Source: Planctomycetota bacterium
GTDB taxonomy: Bacteria > Planctomycetota > GCA-002687715 > DRQF01
Direction: 5' to 3'
Length of the DNA: 64,000 nt
NCBI GenBank assembly: GCA_036479435.1
Contig: JAZGFI010000103.1
Coordinates: forward strand, 128,022 to 192,021
Both the position numbers and the translations under genes were made by a program. Positions 57,858 through 64,000 of this stretch are shown here, piece after piece (positions within the stretch are counted from its first letter, which is position 1; each line of letters starts with the position of its first letter). The notes beneath the pieces are model-generated. The model searched no databases. It had not been told where the DNA came from and saw only the letters and a program-made list of their open reading frames with translations.

Positions 57858-57891
57858 CGTCCCGGGTAGACAAGGATTAAGGGCTCGTCAT

Positions 57892-58617
57892 ATGGTGAAA
57901 CTGTTTGTCAACGTCGATCACATCGCGACGGTGCGCGAGGCGCGCCAAGGCAAAAAACCCTCTCCCTTTGAGGCCGCAAAACTCGCGCTCTTGGCGGGAG
58001 CCGACGGGATTACCATGCACCTCAGAGAAGATCGCCGCCACGTCCAAGATCATGACTTGCGAGAGTTTGCGGCTCGTGGCGAAGCTCCTCTCAATTTCGA
58101 GCTAGCCGCTGTCGACGAGATCTTGGATTTGTGCTGCGAACTGCGCCCTCCTTTGGCCACTTTGGTCCCGGAACGAAGGGAGGAAGTCACGACCGAAGGG
58201 GGTCTAGACTTAGTTGGGCATTCCGATCGCATCCAAGCCGCAACGCAAAGACTTCAAGCCGCCGGTATCGCCGTGAGCTTGTTTATCGACCCCACGCCTC
58301 AAAGCGTAGAAAAGAGCCACGACTTGGGTGCCGACATCGTCGAGCTGCACACCGGCTCGTACACGGACGCTCCTGATGAGGAGTCCCGAGCGAAAAGGCT
58401 CGCCGCGATTTGTGAGGCCGCGGCCTTGACCGTCCAGGCCAAGCTTGTGCTCAACGCGGGCCACGGGCTTGACACAACGTCGGTCGGCAAGGTTGCCGCC
58501 CTGCCACAGTTAGCGGATCTCAACATCGGCCACGCCATCGTCTCCCGCGCCCTGATGGTCGGCATGGCCGAAGCGGTTCGCGAAATGAGGCAGGCGATCG
58601 ATGCCGCTCAAGGATAA
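57892..58617 (+). CDS. pdxJ: pyridoxine 5'-phosphate synthase
   Basis: LFVNVDHIATVR, ITMHLREDRRH, ELHTG conserved PdxJ blocks. Confidence 0.9.
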   Translation: MVKLFVNVDHIATVREARQGKKPSPFEAAKLALLAGADGITMHLREDRRHVQDHDLREFAARGEAPLNFELAAVDEILDLCCELRPPLATLVPERREEVTTEGGLDLVGHSDRIQAATQRLQAAGIAVSLFIDPTPQSVEKSHDLGADIVELHTGSYTDAPDEESRAKRLAAICEAAALTVQAKLVLNAGHGLDTTSVGKVAALPQLADLNIGHAIVSRALMVGMAEAVREMRQAIDAAQG

Positions 58618-58658
58618 GCCTTGAACTCTGCACGCAATCTTCCCGGTCTATCGCGCCA

Positions 58659-60683
58659 ATGCCCCGAGTTTCGACTTTTTTTTGGAGTCTCTTTTTCCAA
58701 CTGAGCGGACTCGTCGTCCGGTCTGATAGGATTGTTTTGGCCGAGGGGCGATCGAAGGATGAGCCGCTGAACATTACTGGGGGAATTCTCATCCTAAAGT
58801 CCATAACGGCAGCGCGAGTTCGAGATGCAGGCTGCCCGGTACTGGTATTAGGACCGGGCGGTGATGAGACCGTTTTTCGGCTCAGAAAAAACTCACATAG
58901 CATTGGTCGCGGTCCTCAGGTTGACATCGACGTTGGCGACAGGTCGAGCCCTTCAGCCCCTGCCAACTCCCAGCCATGGGCTGTCCTACAGCTTGAAGGC
59001 GCGATCGTTGAAGTCTTCGACCTTCAGAATGTGGGGCTCAGCCTTGATGGCGAGGAGTTCGTGCAGGCGGCCGAAATCGCGAATGGCGCGAGATTCGAAC
59101 TCGGTGCTCACGAGTTCTTGTATATCAATCTCAACGCCGACATCTTGCCCGCTGGACTTCAACTCCTCGCCGGAGTCCCCCTCGGTTTTACGCCCCCCAT
59201 TCAAATCAAAAACGCCGAGACGGACTTCAATGAAATCCTCATTGACAGCCTAAAGCGAACCCCCTGGGTCTTGCTGTCGCTCGCGTTTCATGCCCTCATC
59301 TTTTGTGTCGCATTGTTATGGGGCGACGCCGATATCCCCGAACGCAGTCACGCTTCGCTCGTGGCTGATTTTAGCGACGACGCTGACGAGACTGATACCC
59401 ATGACATCGAAGACGAATTCGATGAGGAACCCGAACTCAGCGACGATGAAGTCAATCCAGACGTACCGGAGGTCGAATCCGAAACCAACGAATACATCGC
59501 CGACGACATGGCGCTTGACGATAGTGCGGACGAAACATCCGCGCCAAACGAACTGGTTACGGGCCTCAATGGTGCCTTGGCCGGTGATGGCAGTGCGGGC
59601 GGCATGCTTGGAGGCGGACTCACAACCGGCGACGACGCCAATCTCAAACGACGAGTAGGCGAACTCAAATCGTCCGGACTCGACATCGTTTTTCTCATCG
59701 ATGCGACATCCTCGATGGACCGCGAGATCAGTTCCGCCAAACGTCGCATCAGCGGCCTGATTGGCGTTCTGGAAGCCCTGCAGATCGAGTTCAGAATCGG
59801 AGTGGTGGCCTTTCGAGATCGAGGCGACGAATACGTCACCCGAATCGCACCGCTAACCGGCGTCCTTTTCAAATCCGTGGCTTTTCTGGACGAAGTCGAA
59901 GCCTCCGGCGGCGATGACATTCCGGAGGCGGTCTACGATGCCGTGCTGGCTGGAACCAAGATGCGGTGGTCCAAGAACGCCAAGCGGGTCATGGTGCTCG
60001 TCGGTGATGCGCCGCCGAAAATCGGGACTTTGGAGCCAACCCTACACCTCCTCGATGCCTTTCAAGCCCAAGGTGGTGTATGCCACTCCATCTTCAGCGA
60101 GACCAGCGCGGACGACTACTATGGAGCCCGGGCTGCTTTTCGTGCCATTGCCAAAAAGGGGAACGGCTTCTCTATGGAACTCGAAGATGAGACTCAGATT
60201 GTCGAGAACCTCACGATGCTCGCGCTCGATACCGACAATCGCCGCTCGGTTCGCAAACTTCTAGCCAACCTCGAGGGCGGAGTTCGCGCCAGAGTGCTCC
60301 GCCGCATCTTGCAGAGATCCGACAAAGAGTTCGTCTACAACCGGCTGAGAAAAAAGGGCAAGCAACCAGAATTCGCCCTGGAGCTTACGCGCCTAAACGC
60401 CCGTGGCGCCGATCGCGCCTATCTCGTGGCCTATCTTGAACTACTTCGTGAACGAGATGTCTCGGCGTCGAATCGCTGGCTCGGCACGGTGCTGCTGAGA
60501 CGCCATTTGGGCCACGCGGTGCACGACGGAGGGTTGAATTCCCGGCAACGTCATGCCGTTAGCCTCGCCTTCGTCGCCGCCAAAAAACTGAAGCCCGACG
60601 GGCCGCGCTCGGCCCGACTCCGGCTCTTAAAACAAATAACGCAACGACTCTATGACGCGAAACTGATCCTCCGCGATAGCTAA
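58659..60683 (+). CDS. FHA-domain / single-TM / acidic linker / vWA-domain protein
   Basis: FHA (VFRLRKNSHSIGRGPQVDIDVGD...), TM (WVLLSLAFHALIFCVALLW), D/E-rich linker, vWA with MIDAS (DIVFLIDATSSM, ASGGDD, VLVGDAPP). Confidence 0.8.
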   Translation: MPRVSTFFWSLFFQLSGLVVRSDRIVLAEGRSKDEPLNITGGILILKSITAARVRDAGCPVLVLGPGGDETVFRLRKNSHSIGRGPQVDIDVGDRSSPSAPANSQPWAVLQLEGAIVEVFDLQNVGLSLDGEEFVQAAEIANGARFELGAHEFLYINLNADILPAGLQLLAGVPLGFTPPIQIKNAETDFNEILIDSLKRTPWVLLSLAFHALIFCVALLWGDADIPERSHASLVADFSDDADETDTHDIEDEFDEEPELSDDEVNPDVPEVESETNEYIADDMALDDSADETSAPNELVTGLNGALAGDGSAGGMLGGGLTTGDDANLKRRVGELKSSGLDIVFLIDATSSMDREISSAKRRISGLIGVLEALQIEFRIGVVAFRDRGDEYVTRIAPLTGVLFKSVAFLDEVEASGGDDIPEAVYDAVLAGTKMRWSKNAKRVMVLVGDAPPKIGTLEPTLHLLDAFQAQGGVCHSIFSETSADDYYGARAAFRAIAKKGNGFSMELEDETQIVENLTMLALDTDNRRSVRKLLANLEGGVRARVLRRILQRSDKEFVYNRLRKKGKQPEFALELTRLNARGADRAYLVAYLELLRERDVSASNRWLGTVLLRRHLGHAVHDGGLNSRQRHAVSLAFVAAKKLKPDGPRSARLRLLKQITQRLYDAKLILRDS

Positions 60684-60862
60684 GGGCTCGGTCAAGAATA
60701 AGTTCGCAGAGTTCGCACTCAGATTTGCGTCAAATTCGGTTTGGGCGATTGAGCGAGAACCGCAGCATACTTCCTGTATTCGAGGATTCTCGCGAATGAG
60801 CACGGACCGAAGATGGCGCGAAGCTGAGCGGCGAGAATGCGAAGTTATTCTTGACTGAGCCC
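60684..60862. repeat. 18-bp inverted repeat pair (GGGCTCGGTCAAGAATAA / TTATTCTTGACTGAGCCC) flanking 143 bp
   Basis: 17/18 complementary arms at 60684-60701 and 60845-60862 in a convergent intergenic region. Confidence 0.5.
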
Positions 60863-60905
60863 TATGCTCCGAGGCCCCATTAAGAGGGCCCGCTCAGCTG
60901 CCTGG

Positions 60906-61451
60906 TTATTTCGGCCAGCTCCGGCGCCACGAATCGGGAAGACTGTCGAGGAATGCGGCCTGCCGTTTTTCGGACCCCGCAGCTTTTATCAAACTCGACC
61001 AGGCCAACTTCGCAAACTCCTTGGCGCGCGTTGCACCCTCTTCGCCCTCCACGCCCAGAGCCACGTAGCGAAAGCGTTCTGCCCACTCTATCGCCGCTTG
61101 CGTACGGCCGCGCGCCAACAACAACTTGCCGCGAAGTAAAGCCGCATCGGGGTCGCGAGGATCAACTTGATCAAGGATGCCTTCGGCGAGCGCAAATCCA
61201 TCTGGCCCTACTTGCATGGCCAGGCGAACGCACGCGAAGGCGCCGTCAAGGTCGCGCCTCGCCCGCCACTTCAACTTTGGAAGCGCAAAACGCCCCTCCG
61301 CGATGCTCATCTCAAGTGCCAACCATTGAATCCGACCTTCGCCGTGATTGGCTCGATTGAGGGCGACAAGATACTCAAAGTCAGTCAAAGCGTCAGCGTC
61401 GCGGTCAAGGGCAAAACTTCGTTGCGCCCGTGCCGTTCTTACTTGCTTCAA
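60906..61451 (-). CDS. hypothetical protein (TPR-like helical), translationally coupled to the upstream HEAT-repeat gene
   Basis: ATGA start/stop overlap with the ORF ending at 61448. Confidence 0.5.
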   Translation of the reverse strand: MKQVRTARAQRSFALDRDADALTDFEYLVALNRANHGEGRIQWLALEMSIAEGRFALPKLKWRARRDLDGAFACVRLAMQVGPDGFALAEGILDQVDPRDPDAALLRGKLLLARGRTQAAIEWAERFRYVALGVEGEEGATRAKEFAKLAWSSLIKAAGSEKRQAAFLDSLPDSWRRSWPK

Positions 61452-63955
61452 AAAGTCGCGGCCGCAACCGCATCTCCGGGCTGCGCCCGCATCGCCAACC
61501 GTCGCGCCAAGGCAATCTCGAGGGTTGCTCGCCTCGTTCCCGCCCCGGGTAGCGGCAACAGAGCATTCGCGATGAACGCCAAAGGGGCGTTGTTGCTCGG
61601 CGACAAGAGTGCAGCGCTAAGCCAAGCGGAAACAAATGAGCGATTCCGCAAAAGGGCTCTTTCTATCGGAGAGAGCTTGGCCACTGCCGTCGCGAGATCT
61701 AACTCAAAGGCTTCGACAGTCCGCACACTTGAGAGCGCGCCAAACAAGATCCTGCGGACCTCAATGGCTCCCGCCACATCTCTTTTGGCCAACACTCCAC
61801 GCGCTCTTGCCAATTCCAACTGAAATAGCTCGTCAATGAGGAGCCTTCGACCCGCGCCGTCATTGGCAAGATGCGCAGCGCTAGCCCACAGATTCGGTGC
61901 CTGCGATTCTCTTAGCGTTGGCTGCGGCCACATGCTGCTCCGAGCGCGCCGAAACTCCGCGCGCAGTCTTGCTTGTCCCTGGTCGCCGCAGAAAAGCTCG
62001 AGGCCCGACAATAATTCTCGCCGAATTTCGGCTCCTTCGAGTCCACTCGACACCGACTGCCAATGGGACAAAATCCGAAGCGCAAAACCTGCGCGCTGCG
62101 GCGGAGTCTGCTGCCGATACCCTAAGACCTCGACCAGGAAACTGCGGTTCCGAAGGTCACGAGTCAAGGCGAGATCCAAGAAAACGGAGTCATCAAACTT
62201 ATGCCGCTGGATGAGATCTGCGAACACCATCCCCTCGTACAAAGGCCTGCGCCCAGCTCGAGGCTTTTGATCAATCAAAGACCTCGCTTCTGCTATTAGC
62301 GCCCTGCGTGCCGCCTCGTTCTCACCGCCGACGACGGCGAGATCGACGAGATTTGAAAAATCGTCGACTTCATAACGCGTCGTCGCCAAGATGTCCGCCG
62401 CTAATCGCCCAAACTCGGGACTCGCCGCCCCCCCGGCTTGCGCGAGTTCCTCGGCTGGCCAGGCCCCAGCTTCCAAGATGCTGCGGGCGCGCGCCACCAG
62501 TCGTTTGTTCGTGACTTGGTGTTGAGCTACAGCAAGGTGGCGTGTCAACGCATGTCGGATGTCATCGTCAAGACTCGAAGTCGCGAGTTCCTCGAGCTTG
62601 GCGAAATGCTCCGGTTTGGAACGAGCAAGAATACCGCTCAAGGCAGCACGGCGGATGCTCTGCCAGCGATGCGACAAAAAGGGGACGAAATCTTCGGGGC
62701 TGAGCCCACGGACCGAACGGGCGTCTCCCGCTAAAACGCCGCGGGCACGGCGCGGCGACTGTTGCCGCCAAGCCTGCAGACGTTTCAAAAGATCGAGTCG
62801 CGACCCAGATTTTGCCGACTGGAAAAGGAGCCACCAGGCCTTAACCGCGATCTGATCGTCGCGGTCGTCAAGCGCCTGCCATAAGTCGTCCGCACTCAAG
62901 GCGCCCCGTAGCTGCAAACAGCGAAAAGCAGCGCGCCGGGGGCGACTGGTTTTTCGTCCGGTATCGAGCCAAAGGGCGCGCAAACCCTCGAGCAAGGCAG
63001 CACCGCTACTCACTGAGCTCAGCTCTCTCACGACTTGCACCATGGGGTCGCGCCGTGACTTTATTGCCAGCAACAGGGCGCGCCGAAAAGCTGCCTTGGG
63101 CCAGGGTCGAGACTTCGAAGCCAGCGCGGTTTGCATCAAACGCCGGTCGATGGGGCTGGAAAGTTTCGCAATGAAAAGGCCATCGAGATCATCCGATTTT
63201 TCGAGAGCGTCTAGCAGCCCGAATTCAACCTCCTTAGCGACAGATGACCGGGCGGCTCGCTCAAAATAAAGGTCCCAAAGTCGCCGCGTGCGCTCTTTGC
63301 TAGCGGATTGCGGCAAGACTTCCAAAACGTCCCAAAGTTCGGGCAGAAAATGGCTCGTGGCCCGTTCACCGAGCTCAAACTTGGTCTTGTGAGCGGCCCT
63401 GATGACGCGAGCGGTGACTGAGGTTCGAAGGGCGCCCGTCAGTTTCGAATCGTGCAGGGAACGCAGCAAGCGCTTTGCGACGGCCGGCGTCTCCTCGGCG
63501 AGTTCGAGCCGGATTCTCACCCAGGCTTCCCGAACCCGCGGCGAATTGTCCTCAGCGGCATCGAGCGCTTTGAACCAAGCCGGTGAATCTCCAAGGAATT
63601 CTCGCCCGTCCGGCGCAGCGTATATCAGCTCCAATCCTGCGAGGCGCACCCCCCATATCGGGTCCTCAAGAGCGCGCCGCAGCAAGTTCATGGTCGCGGT
63701 ACATGATTCTCCGCGGCGTGACAAGAGCGCTCGTCGGCGAACAACCCACACGGGATCTTGGCTGAGATGGTGGTGGTTCTCGAGGTCGGCGGCAGCGGCG
63801 AGACCGCGAAAAGTCGCGAGCAGAAGCGCGTTTTCGCGTAGTCGCCAGTTCGTTGATCGCCCCAGCTCATTTTGGAGATCCCCGGCGTGGCGGCTCGGTG
63901 CCAAGACGCGCGCGCTCATCCATCTAGATTCGGCGCTACAGCGCGGATCTTTCAA
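61448..63955 (-). CDS. HEAT/PBS-lyase-repeat protein (835 aa; N-terminus may extend)
   Basis: Repeated alpha-helical ~30-aa units with DPxxxVRxxAxxAL patterns. Confidence 0.55.
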   Translation of the reverse strand: MKDPRCSAESRWMSARVLAPSRHAGDLQNELGRSTNWRLRENALLLATFRGLAAAADLENHHHLSQDPVWVVRRRALLSRRGESCTATMNLLRRALEDPIWGVRLAGLELIYAAPDGREFLGDSPAWFKALDAAEDNSPRVREAWVRIRLELAEETPAVAKRLLRSLHDSKLTGALRTSVTARVIRAAHKTKFELGERATSHFLPELWDVLEVLPQSASKERTRRLWDLYFERAARSSVAKEVEFGLLDALEKSDDLDGLFIAKLSSPIDRRLMQTALASKSRPWPKAAFRRALLLAIKSRRDPMVQVVRELSSVSSGAALLEGLRALWLDTGRKTSRPRRAAFRCLQLRGALSADDLWQALDDRDDQIAVKAWWLLFQSAKSGSRLDLLKRLQAWRQQSPRRARGVLAGDARSVRGLSPEDFVPFLSHRWQSIRRAALSGILARSKPEHFAKLEELATSSLDDDIRHALTRHLAVAQHQVTNKRLVARARSILEAGAWPAEELAQAGGAASPEFGRLAADILATTRYEVDDFSNLVDLAVVGGENEAARRALIAEARSLIDQKPRAGRRPLYEGMVFADLIQRHKFDDSVFLDLALTRDLRNRSFLVEVLGYRQQTPPQRAGFALRILSHWQSVSSGLEGAEIRRELLSGLELFCGDQGQARLRAEFRRARSSMWPQPTLRESQAPNLWASAAHLANDGAGRRLLIDELFQLELARARGVLAKRDVAGAIEVRRILFGALSSVRTVEAFELDLATAVAKLSPIERALLRNRSFVSAWLSAALLSPSNNAPLAFIANALLPLPGAGTRRATLEIALARRLAMRAQPGDAVAAATF

Positions 63956-64000
63956 ACGCCGGATAGCGATTGCAAGGTCGTTAACGGCAAGATCTTGGGT

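Noticed and set aside
60906-63955. Considered merging the 181-aa and 835-aa minus-strand ORFs into one gene
   Set aside because: An in-frame stop at 61448 with an ATGA overlap indicates two translationally coupled genes rather than a frameshifted single gene. A sequencing error cannot be excluded without reads.
1-64000. CRISPR arrays, IS elements, integrases, prophage genes
   Set aside because: No regularly spaced direct repeats and no transposase/integrase/phage-structural ORFs recognised. The only repeats are the short tandem/inverted repeats reported above.

Overview
High-GC (~60%) bacterial chromosomal segment, densely packed with genes on both strands. No rRNA, tRNA, tmRNA, RNase P RNA or CRISPR array was recognised. 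The taxon cannot be assigned, but the content looks like a Gram-negative of Myxococcota/Planctomycetota style (FHA-domain proteins, secretin, pseudopilin). Housekeeping content: a complete rpmF-plsX-fabH-fabD-fabG-acpP-fabF cluster, recA, an aminotransferase, thiD-tdk, purB, recN, pdxJ, rsmD, rluB, a type I phosphomannose isomerase and a tricorn-like S41 protease. Accessory or unusual content: (i) a translationally coupled six-gene plus-strand operon at 17976-23452 (methyltransferase, YdjC/HpnK-like deacetylase, GT4 glycosyltransferase, 88-aa unknown, 501-aa unknown, alpha/beta hydrolase); the two unknowns have slightly lower GC and no recognisable motifs and are the best candidate for an undescribed function. 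(ii) Two FHA-domain bitopic membrane proteins with extracytoplasmic CAP/SCP and vWA domains. (iii) A FliA-like sigma factor preceded by a ~367-nt hairpin-rich leader with a perfect TATAAT. (iv) An orphan lipoprotein secretin and GspK-like pseudopilin next to an OmpH-like protein and a REC-degenerate-GGDEF regulator. (v) Several small repeats: an 18-bp inverted repeat pair, a tandem duplication at the rluB 3' end, and in-frame tandem repeats in recN. Many long ORFs antisense to real genes in the ORF track are high-GC artefacts and were rejected. The track labels alternative starts (GTG/TTG) as M; several starts were re-placed at internal ATG/GTG codons using conserved N-termini.
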